This document shows, one piece after another, positions 1 through 15,301 of a stretch of 64,000 nt of DNA. This DNA comes from the human T2T-CHM13v2.0 reference genome, Homo sapiens. The translations under genes and the position numbers were made by a program. A model generated the notes under the pieces. The model saw nothing but the letters and a program-made list of their open reading frames with translations. It was not told where the DNA came from and searched no databases. Numbering within the stretch: position 1 is the first letter of the stretch; every line of letters begins with the position of its first letter. The stretch lies in assembly GCF_009914755.1 (NCBI RefSeq), contig NC_060935.1, one strand, 5' to 3'.

Positions 1-494
1 AGGAGATAGAACAATGGATGGAAAACTGTGAAAGAATTGTTTGGAAGTGGAAATGAGGAGCAAGACAAGGACCCACTCTAATCATCAGGTCCAGTGGTTT
101 GTGTCATTTGAGGGGTAGTAAAACTTTCATTTAGGACAACAGAGGAAAAGAACATTTAAGGAAAGATTGAGGATATTACAAAAGTTTGCCAATGGAAAAC
201 TGCAAGTTGAAGTTCCATAAGGTGCATTGGAAGGGAGTATTGAACAGTGGACAGCCGGGTCCGTTTCATCGATGTTCAGTGTGGAGATGGATGTCCTGGT
301 GACAGTGATGATGCAGAGGACCTGGTTTCAATGATGACCCAAGAAAATCGTGATTCCATACAAGGTGGCTTAATTCTAAGCCTAGGTTCTGGCTGGCTAT
401 CAATTTAAGTTGGAAAATTTGGGGAGGCTGAACAACTGACTCAAAATTGTTATTCATAACTATAATTCTACATTGAATCCAAATTTATCTCTGC

Positions 495-665
495 TTCGTG
501 GAGAAGCAGAATGGTACAGCAGAGAGATTGCTAATGTGGGAGGATTCCGAAACGTGGATTCCAGTTCCAGTTTTACTAACTAGCTTCATACACTTAGTTA
601 CATCACTTACCTTCCTCACCTGTAAAATGAGCAAGCTGGACAAAATGACCCTGGATTCTATCTCT
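495..665 (+). mobile_element. MIR SINE fragment
   Basis: MIR core-like 'ttccagttttactaactagc...ttcctcacctgtaaaatgag'; boundaries approximate. Confidence 0.55.
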
Positions 666-819
666 GAGAGGTATCAGGCTGGAAAATTGGTTGGTGTGGG
701 TTTTAAAGTTGATGGTTCTCCTTGAACTCATTTAGTTTTATTTTTTCTGAAAAGCACACATTCATTATGAGCTATGGTTCAACAGTTAAAGCAGGATTTT
801 TATCCCAAGTCTATGGATA

Positions 820-975
820 CTAGTTGCATGACCTAACTCTAAATTTTCTCTAAACCCTAATTTTCTCATTTGGAAAGTATGATAATAGTAACAATATAAA
901 TTAGTTATTATGAAATTAAATGGCAGAGTGCCTGGTAAATAGTAAACATTAACACATTTTAGCTGTTTATTAAAA
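820..975 (+). mobile_element. MIR SINE fragment
   Basis: 'ttttctcatttggaaagtatgataatagta...gtgcctggtaaatagtaaac' resembles MIR 3' half. Confidence 0.5.
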
Positions 976-1732
976 TGTGAGAAAAGTTTCTTGACTGCTT
1001 TCATTTAAGTATTGAAAATATATGATAATTATCCAATGCTTCAATATTTTAAGACATTAAATCTTCAGTATGTTGATGATTAAGTATATGGCCTCTGGTA
1101 TTTATATTTTCAGGTGAAGAGCAGAATTGCATCTAAATCAGGGTGAAAAGTCCTTTCCAGCAATATGTGAATCCAATGACTAAAACTAAGTTATTTTTTT
1201 CTGTTTTTTTTCCTTTGTTAATTGTGTTAATTACAAATGCGAAGATAATCAATTGTTCCCCAAACTAGTTGTTTTCCTATATTTCAGAAATAAACCTCAA
1301 CATGAATTTTCATGTTAAATTATCCATATCCCACAGTACAGTACAATTTTACAACTGTGTCAGTGGTAGTGGAACAAAATGGGTTTGTCCAATATTGCCT
1401 TTTGTTTTGACCTTGACAAAGAACAATATCTATTATAGAAATAAACTATGTAGGATGACTGGAAAGATATAACACATTTGGATCAATATATGAAGCTACA
1501 CTATTCATCATTTTCCACATAGGTGAAATGGGGGACTCTAATATTATTCCTCCCTCCCACTATTTACCCATCGATTCATACATACCACTGAGACATTGGG
1601 GATGGTGGTGGTGAATGTTATCAAGGTTGAGAAGTCTTGAGAGAAAAAACAAAATCAGAAACAAAGAATGACTACCCTGGCCCACACATCCTTGAGAAAA
1701 TAATAAAGATCAAGCCATATTTATGTTCTCAC

Positions 1733-1882
1733 TATATATATATATGGAGAGGGCGTGGTTTTGTGTTTGTGTGTGTATATATATGTATATACACACACAC
1801 TTATACATAAACATACTATATATATGCACACATACACTTTCATACATAAACATATATATACGCACACATATATGTACACGCA
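1733..1882. repeat. Degenerate (TA)/(TG)/(CA) microsatellite
   Basis: Alternating purine-pyrimidine runs seen directly. Confidence 0.85.
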
Positions 1883-3539
1883 TACTTTTTTCCTTTTCTC
1901 ACTAGTATTTTAGTGTTTTGAGGAACAAGTAGAAAGGCGTCTTTAGAAATAACTTGGTTCAGTGTTAGTTATGAAGTTAGGAGAACCATGCCCATCACCT
2001 CTCTCCCTGATTGCCTGCTCATGCGTAATCCACCCCCTTTCATCTAGGATACATCTTCTTCTCCAACACAACCAGTCCCTTTAATGCTATCTCACAGCGT
2101 GCAGTTGCTTTGAGACCAGAAAAAGTATAAGCCCGTCACTACTTCTGGAAACCTAACTAACCACTCATGTTCTGAAGGAATACTGGAGAGGGTTATATGT
2201 GGGCAGAAATACTATAGGTTATTAGATCAGGACATAGCTAGACTGAATATTAATTTGTTTGGCTATGCTAAGCTATGAACAGAAAATTCAAGAAAAAGCT
2301 GCTCATGTGTTCTTTTGTTTAATAAATATGCCTTTGGAGCTTTCTTATGCCTATGCAGGAAGAACATGGTAATGAACAATATAGACATGGTCCCTGACCT
2401 TTCATGGTATGTGTGATCTTGTGAGGGTGTGATTTAGTTTAGAAGATATATATATATTTTTTTGTTGCATGTGTGCACGAAAAAGGCAGTTGGACCAGAA
2501 ATTAGGGAAACTAGCTAGGAACACTAGTCCCAGCTCTGTTACTAAATCGCTACATAAGTTGGGGTTATACAGACTCCCTCTCTGATTAGTCTCCCAATCA
2601 GTAGAATGAAGAAGTTTAACCAGGTGATCTACAAATCCCTTTAAAATTTCCAAAATTCTATGACTCTCTGATTATTGCTATTTCCTGAGTAGTGCCACTA
2701 ATATATTACCAGAGTAGACATAGTGCTTGTGCCTTTCGCCTCCTGCCCTGCCCCATGGGAGCAGTGAGCTTCTCCCAACACATACAAGGAGCAGTGCAGA
2801 AAGATAAAGTTTGGGAAACAAGGAGGAGCAAAAAGCAGCCTGAGCAGCACCCATCACTCAGATCTGCCCTCACAAGTCACGTTTCAACCATGCAAAGGGG
2901 AAACATGGAAGTTCTCCTTTGATGGATACAGTTGACACGTGGCCCAGGAACAAAAAGCAGAGGCACTGTCAATATGCTGTAAAATATTAAATGCTTACAA
3001 TTTTGGAAATAAGATTTTTAAGTGGTGATATGCCCATCAAGATTTTTCAATACCTAATCAACAGTTAAATCATTTGAAATAAAAGAGATGAAGCCAGGCT
3101 AGAGAATTTAACAAACAATATTGGGATAACATTATTTCATTATACAAATCAAGACTATGATTTTATTTTTTCTTTTCAAAACACATTCTGTTTGTGTGTG
3201 TTTATGCTCGTGTGTTTGTATGTGCATATACATGACTTAGTTGACAAAAAGTTTCTTCAAAAATTAAAATCATGACACAGAGATGCTGAGGCATTCAGGG
3301 ATGACTGTAGCCAAGGTCGTCACCCCAGTCTTGCCATCCAATTCAAGGTCACTGGTGCTCCTGAATATGCATACAGGCAGCTGTGAGCACTGCAAGCTAA
3401 GGAAACCAGAAAGGCAGTAGGAAACAGGAGAAAATCTCTAGCTTTGCAGGCTGTTCGTTTTCTTTAAAAACAAGAAATGACTGTATACTATTAATGCTGT
3501 CTAAGCCATAGATAAATTCAGTTGTTTATCTGGACGTGA

Positions 3540-3685
3540 TGCTTAATGTATACATAGGTCTTTTAAAAATGCAGATTCTGATTTAGTGTATCTGGAGTAG
3601 TACCTAAGATGTTGCATTTTAACCAGCCACCATGTGATGCCCGATCGGCTGATCTATGGGACACATTTGAGTATCAAGAATTCTA
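3540..3685 (+). mobile_element. MER5-family (hAT-Charlie) fragment
   Basis: 'aatgcagattctgatttagtgtatctggagtag...tgcattttaac...cacatttgagtatcaag' resembles MER5A/B. Confidence 0.55.
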
Positions 3686-4998
3686 TAGATCCTGTTTCTA
3701 GGCAGAATTGCTTTAAGACACTTTCCTCATGCTCTCTAGGAGAACGTTTTTAAATTATATTTTACTCATTTGTTCCAGGACCTCCTACACTTCACAGAAA
3801 GGGATTTTTTATAACTAACTTGAGGTTTTTCTACTACAATCAGTCACATTTCTTCCCATGTCTTTCTCAGTGAAGGATGGCTGGCTCTCTGTCTTCTTAG
3901 ATTTGAGGATAATGTCACAATATTACCCCGCCTCCTTCTCTGCCAGGATGATATATCCCAGGCTTTCTTTTCTTTTCCTTTTTTCTTCTTCTTTTCTTTT
4001 TTGAGTTGAGTACATTTTCAAATTGATTTAGAGATAGGTTTTGAATGTTTTTTCTATAAATTTCCCAAATTGGTTGTTTTCTACTGTTTATCTGTTGCCT
4101 ATTTTGGATACAGGACATTCCACCATTGAAGAGAGTCCCTGGTGGCCAATAACACATCTATGCATCCCCAAGCAGCTACCATTTAGGGACATAAATGGAG
4201 GAATATATGGAGTTCCATTTATTTATTAACAGCGCTGAGAAAATGCCAGCATAGGGATGCACCGTGGTAGCATTCTCCAGATGTTGAGAAGTCTGGCTTG
4301 GTTTGGGGGCCACTGGTGATTATTTGTCTTCTAATGTAATCATAGCACCTGAAGGGAATCTTGGGTCTCCAAACATGAACAATGCAAAGATATCTTGAAT
4401 TGAATGACCCCTGTGGGTACAAGTCTAAGCTGACTGACTGTGACTGTAATGGTGACATTCATTTCCTGCCTGCTGCCAGTGCTGAAATCATGGTTAGACA
4501 GAAGAGCAGAAGTTAATTGCCTCAGGGAAAAGATCCCTGTGCTAATTGTCATGTTAAAGTTCACATTGCATTAAAGTTTCTAGCTCAGGTTTATCCCAGC
4601 AGCTGGGCTCAGATGAGCCATGGAATCTCAAGTCTATGCATAATGACTCTTCTCCAGAGAAAATTTCCACTTCCATTGAGACTGAAATGGGAAAAATTTA
4701 GTTTGAACTCTAGTTTGAAGAGCTCATCAGGTCCAGGAAGCCTGGAGTGAGAGAGGAAACTTTATTTTGTCTGGTGTGGGCCAGATCATACCAAGAGGGG
4801 CTAGCTCTCAGACCCAGAGATTCAGGTGGCTAAAGTGTCATTTATTAGACTTGATAAAGATGGTTATGAATCATGTTATCAACTCACCACAGTGGGACAG
4901 ATAGCAACCACAACCAACTTAACAAAGAAACCCCAGGAAATATCAACATTTGATTGGTTTATTGGGTGGGAGGCAAGAGCTTGAGATCAGGAGTTATC

Positions 4999-5162
4999 TT
5001 TTTTTAATAGATGGGCCTAGCTCTATCACCCAGGCTGGAGTGCAATGGCGATTTTTATAGGTGCAGTCATAGCTCACTAGAGCAAACTCCCAGGCTCAAG
5101 CAATCCTCCTGCTTCAGCCTCCTGAGGAGCTGGCATTACAGGTGTGCACCACCACGCATGGC
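4999..5162 (-). mobile_element. FAM (fossil Alu monomer)
   Basis: Single ~165-bp monomer; the reverse complement retains the 7SL-derived segment (gagctatgactgcacctataaaaatcgccattgcactccagcc) typical of FAM; degenerate TSD agttat(c/g)ttttt. Confidence 0.7.
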
Positions 5163-5289
5163 ACAAGTTATGTTTTTATGAGCACTTAGCATATCAGAGC
5201 CACTCTCACCTTCCCCATAATCTGTACCCTTTTACCTCTCCTTCATGTTACATTTATTATACAAGGCAAATCTGCAGAGTAAAGTCACC

Positions 5290-5520
5290 AAAGTGCTGCC
5301 AAGATAACCTGGATTCTAATTATGAGTCCAAGTTAATCATTTAATAGTGCCACGTGGTCTCAGACAAATTACATAGGCTATTTAAACCTCAGTTTTCCAA
5401 TCCTTAAAGTGGAAACAATAACATTTATTTTGCAATTTAAATTTGTATTTTACTTTTTTAGCATTAAATGAGATTGTATGTAAAACAATTTTAACACTGT
5501 GCAGATGGTAGACACTTTGG
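5290..5520 (+). mobile_element. MIR SINE fragment
   Basis: 'aaacctcagttttccaatccttaaagtggaaacaataa...attaaatgagattgtatgtaaaac'. Confidence 0.55.
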
Positions 5521-5719
5521 AAATCTTCAGATCTCATCTGTCTTGACTCCTTTCTTCTGAATCCTTCTAATCTGATGCTGTTTAATTGTGTTCTGCTTGA
5601 GATTTTTATATTTTGACCTAAATGTAGATGAAGCTTGTTTACCAAATATGAAAGTCAAGTCCCCAGGGATAATATTTCTTCATCTGTTTCTTTAAATTTC
5701 CCTGAGAGACCCAGATAGT

Positions 5720-6030
5720 TTTGTTTATTTAAATCCAGTTTACATTTTGAATTTCTGCTAGTGCCAGGCATCCTGCTGGGCACTGTGAAGTGCACAGCAG
5801 TGAACAGGACATGGCAACTGTCAGGAGGAAATATGGTATTTATTAGAGAACTAGCTAATTATATTATAAAGAAGACTCTGATAAACACCATAGAAAAGGT
5901 GGAATTAATGAGGAGGGAGAAATTAATTATCTAGTGGGAGTAATGAGGAGAAAGAAATTAATTCCTTCTCAGGAGGTAGGGGAAGACTTTTAGAGGAGGT
6001 GGTATTTATGCTAGACCTTGAAGGAAAGAC
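5720..6030 (-). mobile_element. L2 LINE 3' fragment
   Basis: 'ctagtgccaggcatcctgctgggcactgtgaag...cagtgaacaggacatgg' and 'gaggaggtggtatttatgctagaccttgaagga' are typical antisense L2 3' motifs. Confidence 0.5.
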
Positions 6031-6281
6031 CTCTATTTCAACCTCTTGCTCTTCTGTACCTTAAAAGGCAATCACTCTTTGAATCACGCTAAATTGCTAG
6101 TAGTCAAAAGTGAAACCAACCCATAGCACTGTCTGTTGAGTTCCTGCATCATTGCATTATGGAAAGAGCATTGGACAGTCTCGTAGACCTGTACTTCCAC
6201 TTCAAGGCAAGGCAAAGGCATTCAACCTTTCAACACAAGTAGTTGGTTTTTTTGTTTTTTGTTTTTTTTTTTTTTTTTTTT

Positions 6282-6625
6282 GGCTATGGTTTGAATGTTT
6301 GTCCCCTCCAAAACTCATGTTGAAATTTAATTGCCATTGTAACAGTATAAAGAGGTGGCACCTTTAAGCAGTGATTAAGCCAGGAGGGCTCCACCCTCAT
6401 GGGTGGGATTGGTGCTGTTATAAAGGGTAGGTTCAGAGCCCCCTTTCCCTCTCTTGCCCTCTTGCCTTCTACTATGTGATGACACAGCAAGAAGGCGCTT
6501 GCCAGATGCTGGCACTGTGTCATTGGACTTCCCAACCTCCAAAACTGGGAGCTGATAAGTTTCAGTTGTTATAAGTTACCCAGTCTCAGGTATTCTGTTA
6601 TAGCAGCACAAAACAGACTAAGACA
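6282..6625 (+). mobile_element. MST-family (ERVL-MaLR) solo LTR
   Basis: Starts 'gctatggtttgaatgtttgtcccctccaaaactcatgttg', ends 'gttatagcagcacaaaacagactaagaca'. Confidence 0.85.
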
Positions 6626-6809
6626 CATTTCTTTGCAACTTCTTATATCTCAGTGTAGTTTAAAACCAATTTCCTCTCATTCAGTAGAAACTATATTGCT
6701 ATATGCCTCATATTCCAGAAGAAAATAAGTTTTTTAATATAGTTAAACACAATACTATTTCACCCATTATTTTAAAACAATTATATTATTTGTTCATTAT
6801 TCATCTTTA

Positions 6810-7126
<317 letters not shown>

Positions 7127-10100
7127 TTCATTATTTATCTTTAAATGTCTTCCCTAAACCCTATCAGCTTCTTCATATCTCTTGTCTGTTGAAACATACA
7201 GAATTGGACATAGGGTGCTGGGGAGGCTGCAGCCAAGATTTAGAATGAAGAAACTGATTATCCTCAGCTACACTTTGCTCAAGGCCCACACATTGGTTCA
7301 TGTAAACACAACCAGATATAAGCTGCCTTGAAAGAGTATGACCCTATGCACTCTCTGTCAATTGACCTAAATTCTAAATTGTCTCAATCAATAAAAATAC
7401 AACAAACAAAACTAGCCTTTAAAGTGTTTCTCTAGGTCCCAAGACTGTGTCTGCTTGCTTGCTGGGTGGGTGGCATTGAGCTCTCAGCCTCAGAGCTAGC
7501 TGAGAAGCAAGATATGCTCCACTTGCCTCCTGCAGGATTTCTCCTTCCTGGGTTAAATGTGTTTAACCTTTGGAATAAAGCAATATGATATTCAAACATC
7601 TTCTAATGAGGCTCTTCAAGTTAGGTCTTTGAGTTTTTATTCACCTGAGTGATTTCCCTTAAGCCTGTAAAAATAGACAATTTCCAGGTTTAATACCATC
7701 TCTTTTCTTGTTAAGAAACCAGGAACCAAAACTGCCAGTCAGCTAGGACACTGTAATTGTGTTAGTGCTTTAGCCACATGAAAGCACAGACGCATTGCTG
7801 CTCAGGCTCAACTGAGGTATAGCTTTGGGTAACACCACTGACAGTATCAACAGCCTTTCACAGACTCCGAAAAGAACTGTTTTCTGAACCTGCCGAGAGA
7901 AGTAGGAGGCTACTATTTCTGTTCATAGGTAATATGCATATTTACTATGATTGTTCCAGAAGAAAAATTAACCCCCATAAATAAATCTGTTCCTAAATAA
8001 CTACCTAAGGGAGTGTTATCTTTCAGGATAAATACTAAGGGGAAAAAGCATCCTGACTCTGGTAAAAGGTCCTGTGTTTGGATTGAAGAGACCTGCTACA
8101 GATGAGCTCCAAAAAAGTCTAGTTTGGTCATGGCATCCATTTGGGTCTTAATTTTGCTTGTGTTTTGATTTTGTTTTACTATGAGAAGGGATGCTAATCT
8201 CTTTTCTCCCTAACAATTAAGTATATTGTGCACATTATATAATGCAAAAGATGTAAAACGTCTTTGAGAGTAAAAGTAGTAGGAAAAAATTAGTAAGGCA
8301 AAAATACTTTTTACTTTAGCTCCCCAATTGTTTCGATGAAGTGAATCAGACTTATGTTGCATTACTTTCTCTACACCCACATCAAGGTTTTGTGGGTTGA
8401 GGATAGCAGGCATATCTGAAGGATTCATAGTTGGGAAACAACATGATGCTCAGAAAATCACTGGGCTGATGATTCCATATGGGAGAGAGGATGCAGGATC
8501 CTGGGCCTAGAGAAAGGGCAGTAGAAGTCCCGCTTTCCTGCGAATTGCCTAGTGCTTGGTGGTGTCCTTAGAATTACAGGGACAGGAAGAAACAATTACA
8601 TCACATTTTTAAGCTGAAAGAGACTTTTACACATGAGCATCTCTAGAATAAGTCACATTGATCCTAAAGGAACCAAGAAGGTTCTGTCCTAGGGGACTGA
8701 AGAAAGTATATCTGAAAAAAGGGTGACCATAGAATTGCAGTTTAGTCTTGTTACTCATAGATGTATAGAGCTCTTTACCCCCAACTTGAGAAAAAACTGG
8801 GCACTATTTCTGGTCTTTGTCTTGACCCATGTTTGAAGCCAAGAAAGGGGACATAATCAATGTTTCCTCAGAGGCACAGAATTCACGGACCTGGCTTCAG
8901 GAATCCCTGAAGACAGCTTGGCCTGATGATTGGGCTTCTTCAATCCTCCTACCGAGGTGCATTTAGGCCATGCACAGGGAACGAGGAGTTCAGTGGTATT
9001 TTGGAGGCAAGACTCTGTGACTTTCACTCTGGCTTCCATCTGATTGGAATCACAATCTGCACAGGCCCTTATTGGACATGGGTCTTTTCACACTGCAGAA
9101 TTCAGAGAAGTAGAGTATGGGCTTTGAAGAGGATAGAGTATAAACTAAAGAATAGGGCCTGGACTTTGGCGTCAGACAAACGTCAGGTCAAACCACACAT
9201 CTACCCATTATCCAGCCAATGACATATTCTGTCTTCATTTGTCAATGGGTAATAATCATCTGTTTCCTCTGTGCTTGTTGTGAGAATTAAAATGCAACCC
9301 AGCATATGTCTGGCACAACTAGAAAGTTCTGAGCAATAGCTCACTTCTCTCATGCAATCTTTATGACTGGTACACAGCAGGCACCTTGCTAGTGGGAACA
9401 ATGGTTATAGCTGAATTTGAACATGTTCAAGAGAAAATGTAATTTATGGTTAATAAAATGTTAATTTAGAATATTCCTAAAGGAGCAGGAACCTGAATTC
9501 TCTAAACATGGTTAGTATATTATTAAGCAACTCTTAGGACTCTACAATTTTTTTGTTTGTTTGTTTTTGTTCCTTTTGGCTTGCTTGTTTTTTTTCTCCT
9601 AGCTGCTGAAATAAAGATAGTATCAACATTACTGTTTAAAAAACTTTATTCACAGCAGCAGCAAATATCTCCCAAGCATCTAAGTAGCCTGGGGTCTTCC
9701 ACGAAGAGTTGTATGCTTAATCAGCCCCCAATTCTTTTAGGATGAACTTGAGTATAAATTGTTAAGGTAGCTGCTTACCCTGGGAAATGAATTTCATCTT
9801 TCTTGTAAAAATCCCCCATCTGATAAATGAGAATATGAGGGTAATGAACAGAATCTGCAGTCCCTGTGCTTTCTTGTAGGAGGTGAATTACTAAGAGTGA
9901 GTACACCCCAAAACATGTCTTTCTGGCAACTCTGTCTCATTCTCTTCTCAGGAATGTCACTGTCACCTCTCACTTCCTGATGATTTCCCCACAACCCTAG
10001 CACGAATGCACGAATGGGTCCACCCATTCATTCCTTCTTTGCTGATGAACAAGCTCTGAAGGCTTAAACACAGCACCTGTTCACAGAAAGGTTAGGGTCC

Positions 10101-10387
10101 CTTCAGTAGGTAACGTCTAAGGTCAACTCACAAATAAAAAACTATGGTGAAAATATAAATATAGCCAGCTCTGCAGCACTGCTGACTCTCACAGCAAAGC
10201 TAACGAGGTAGTTGAGGATAAGGGTTCTAGTCTGGGTCAGCTTGGATTTGAGTTCCCTTTCTGCCATTTAATCATGATATGGCTTTGGGAATCTTAAGTC
10301 TCTGTAATTCATTTTTTTTTTTTTTTTTTTTTTTTTTTAGTTTCTAGTGTGGATATCAAAATAGCAGCATTAAAAAAGTTAACATTT

Positions 10388-10700
<313 letters not shown>

Positions 10701-11459
10701 TAAAAAAATTAACATTTAAATTAAAAAAGCACAGCAACATTACATATATACATATATATGAAAAGAGACAATATAGTGTCCCTCACAGCAACCCCTTGAT
10801 ATGTCTTTCTCTTAATTAATTCAATTAATATTTTTTATTACATGCAAGTGTCTATTGCTAGCAGTTGGGATGGAAAGTGTGGCATGGTTGATGTTATAAT
10901 GGAGGAGAAATGTGTTGCAATGATGGTAGACTCTCAGAAATCCTCCAAGATTCCAGGAGGGAGGAGGGGAGAGTAGTTAAGAGTGGAGACACTGGCATGA
11001 GAGGATGCTCGCCAGTGAGGGCTAAAGAGGAGTGTTGTACACATAAAGATCCAGTGAACATATGGATTTCAGGAACTGGACAGTCTTCAGGACAGCACTG
11101 AGTCTTTCCCACCTTTGTGTGACCCAGGTGTGAAGAGAGGCTTTATAGGACATTCATGTGGCTGCTGGAAAGCCCTGCTGGGTAGTCTTTAGAGTGCTTC
11201 TGGGATGAAGCATCAATCCCATATCTTCTTGGGGTCCTTTAAGGGAGTGGTAGACTGGGAGGGGAAGAAGGAAGGACAAATGGAGATTAGAATCATAGGA
11301 GTTTCAGTGATAGCTCACCTTACTACAAGTTCCAATATCAGAGCAAGTCTTCTAATTTTCCCAGACACAGACAGGTAGCTCTGATGGTTCTGGAAGGTTC
11401 CCAGAGTACCCTGAGAAATAGAGAATTTGCATAATTTCTAATAAATCTTCTTATGTTTT

Positions 11460-11690
11460 AGGGGTAGACATACCTGGGTTCAAATTCCAGATTGGCCTCT
11501 TGTCAGCTGTGTAACCTTACACAAGTGTATTTAATTTCTTAGATACCCATTTTTCTCACTATAAAATGGAGATAATGATAGAATATAATGGGTTTTTGAG
11601 ATGCACAAAAGACATGATACTTTTAACATATCTTAGTGTCTGACCTTCAATAGGCAGAAGCTATTATAATTATTATTTTTGTATTTATTA
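11460..11690 (+). mobile_element. MIR SINE
   Basis: 'cctgggttcaaattccag...agctgtgtaacctt...tttctcactataaaatggagataat'. Confidence 0.65.
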
Positions 11691-12339
11691 TTTGAAATGC
11701 CTATAGTCTGGATCTATTAAGGAATCAGCCCGTTTTAGAGATCAGGTCTATTAAAGAAAAATGAACAGAAACTGCAAACTTTAACAAAAGAGAAGAAGAA
11801 AGGTTGGGACAGTTGAGTGAGATGAGCTAGTCTGGTAGACTTGGTGAAGGGCCTTCATGCTAAGAGGACGGGGTTAAACACTGGTGCCATTGGAGAGAAT
11901 GGCACAACAAGGTTTGCGGGGAGAGGGGAGGGCATGCATTTAAACCAACAGACAGAGAAGATGCTTTTAACATTTCCTAACTTCCTAGTCTCTGTGGAAT
12001 TGGGAGAATTAATGAACTAATATCTATAAAGTACTTGGAGACTACCAAATAAAAGAACTATAGAAATCCCAAGTAGTAGTATCATTTTATTAAACATTTA
12101 TTGAACATAGTACAGAATATATAGGAGCTATACTTTCTGCCCAGAGGGTTTAGAACGTAATTGCAATATTTTATTAATCATCTTGAGGGCAGAGGGAGTT
12201 CTAGACAAACAAGTTTAACATATCTCCAAAGAATTAAAATAGATATTGCATCTGATCGCCATAATTTGCTCCCTGAATTTCTGGAATGCAATTTTATTGT
12301 CATTATACAATACAAGCACTTATACTGATACTAATGATA

Positions 12340-12500
12340 ATGATACAAATGAAATAAATTATATGCCAGACACTTTTCTAGGTACTCCATATGTGTTATC
12401 TCTAATCTTGACAACAAATTCTGAAGAATGGGATTAATATCCTCATTATAAAAATGAGTAAATTGGGGCTTGGGGAAGTTATCCAAGATTACACAGCTAG
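12340..12500 (-). mobile_element. MIR SINE fragment
   Basis: 'tatatgccagacacttttctagg...atcctcattataaaaatgagtaaattggggct...ccaagattacacagctag'. Confidence 0.6.
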
Positions 12501-13424
12501 AAAATAATGTATTCGGCCCTATAAAACAGCAGAGACAAAGATAATCTAGCTTATAGATTATCTATTTTTTCCCCATAATCTTTTGAGGTAATTGAATAGT
12601 CTAACTACATACAAGCAATATAACTCTAGTATCTGTCTATTAAGAACTAAAAGTTCTTAACATAGACTCTACAGATACTCTTTAAAGTTTCATGGAATGC
12701 TGGAAAATTCTTTGCAAATTTGTATTTCTAATGTGTTCTGCATTTTTCAGGGGAGTGGATTTAGACGCTTTCTTAGATTCTTAAAGGAGTTCATAGTCCA
12801 AATAAGATGAAAAACACTGAGCCCATCTTGGGCCAATTCTGTGTATTGGACAGGGTCCAGAAATATGCTTAGCATGAACCCGATCCTTAACTTCATATAT
12901 GGCTCAGCTACTGAGGGAGTCAGGGATCTACATGTGAATGAGAGACTCAACGTTCTTGCAGCTTTCCCCAATTGATTTTTGTACTTCTTGTTTTTCAGTC
13001 ACCCCTTGTGATCCAGGGATATTAAATATACTACCAAGGCTTGTATTAATCTAGTCCCAGGCCTGTGTCAAATACCATCTCTTCTGTTATATATTCCTTA
13101 ACTCTCACAGAAAAGTTAGTTACTCTTTCATTTGTGTGTATCTCAGTATAAACCCATATTCAAGACATTATATAGCATTGTAATTATGTATGTGTTTATC
13201 TCCTTCATCAGAGTCTGCAGTTCTGTAGGGCAAGAGCAAGATCATAATTCAGTTTTTTTCATATCTATATCATGGGACCTAGAATATAATCAGTACTCAA
13301 CCAAAGATCAATAAATAGACAGGTAGTTAGATAGATGGATATACTGGCACGTGAGTATTCTTTTTATAGTATTGAAAACTAAGATATTGAAGGTCATGTA
13401 TTAGGACATAAGAACCTACTAATT

Positions 13425-13844
<420 letters not shown>

Positions 13845-14888
13845 TTACAGAAGAATAATTCAATGTAATAGAATTTTGCAAAGGGTATAGCTTTTCCATT
13901 TAGAATAAAGTTAGGTGATTGGCTATAGTGTGCTATAAAACCTATTTCAGTTTTCCGGTTGTCTAAAAAAGACACACTCCAGTTGACTTTCCAGCTCCTG
14001 CTTTATGTAACTTGGCTTAATAGAGCAAAAATTTCTCACGATCACAAAAGCCTAATATTAGCACGTCAGTAATGTATTTAAGTTGCCACCTACCCATATA
14101 GGTTACAGATCCTTGGAGGAGCCTAATAGGACAGGAGAATTCCTGCTATTTTAGAATGCCATTGACAGTGAAGAGGATAATAATCTTAAGCAATCTATCA
14201 GGCTTACGTTTAGTGAAAATTCATAGCTTGTTAGCCTGGCTAATCTTTGAGTTACCTGTGTTTGTACAGAAAATCCTGTTATCTCTTATCCCATCTATTC
14301 CCGTGGTGATCAATGGGACTGTATTCACGGTAGGAACCAGTCCCGATGATGTCATCCTCATCACCATGGGAACACTGTCTTTTTGCAAAGATGAGAGTTA
14401 AGTCCATCCTAACAAAAGTCCAAGGGCTCTCTTGAAATATGATGAGAATTTTCCAGTGGGATTTAGGTATAATCCATGAGGGGTGACATGAAAGAATAAG
14501 CATTTATGAATTTTACTGAAAGCCTATGAATTCTAAGACTTAAAAAAGAAAATCTTATCTTCAAATAATAAAGAGATAAAAGGAATCCACTTTTACAGAG
14601 GCAGTTAGGTGTTTACCCAGTAGAATAATCTGTGTGTTTTATGCTTTCCTCAGGTGTATCAGAATAGCCTTCCAACCCTCCAATCTGCATTACTGCCTGG
14701 CATCTCAGGAAAACCTGGTCCTAGAACAGAGAAATGTTTTCTGGACTATTTTGGTATAACTTTCTTATTTCTTCAGGCTATAAAACAGAGTTGCACATTT
14801 ACCACTCTTTGGTAAAGCATACTGACTTCATGAATTTGTGGCTCATTTTTTTCTCATTCGTTCAGTGGTTATTACAGCAAGAAAGTTA

Positions 14889-15268
<380 letters not shown>

Positions 15269-15301
15269 TTATATATTCCTTGGATACAGTATCCTCTGGA
15301 G

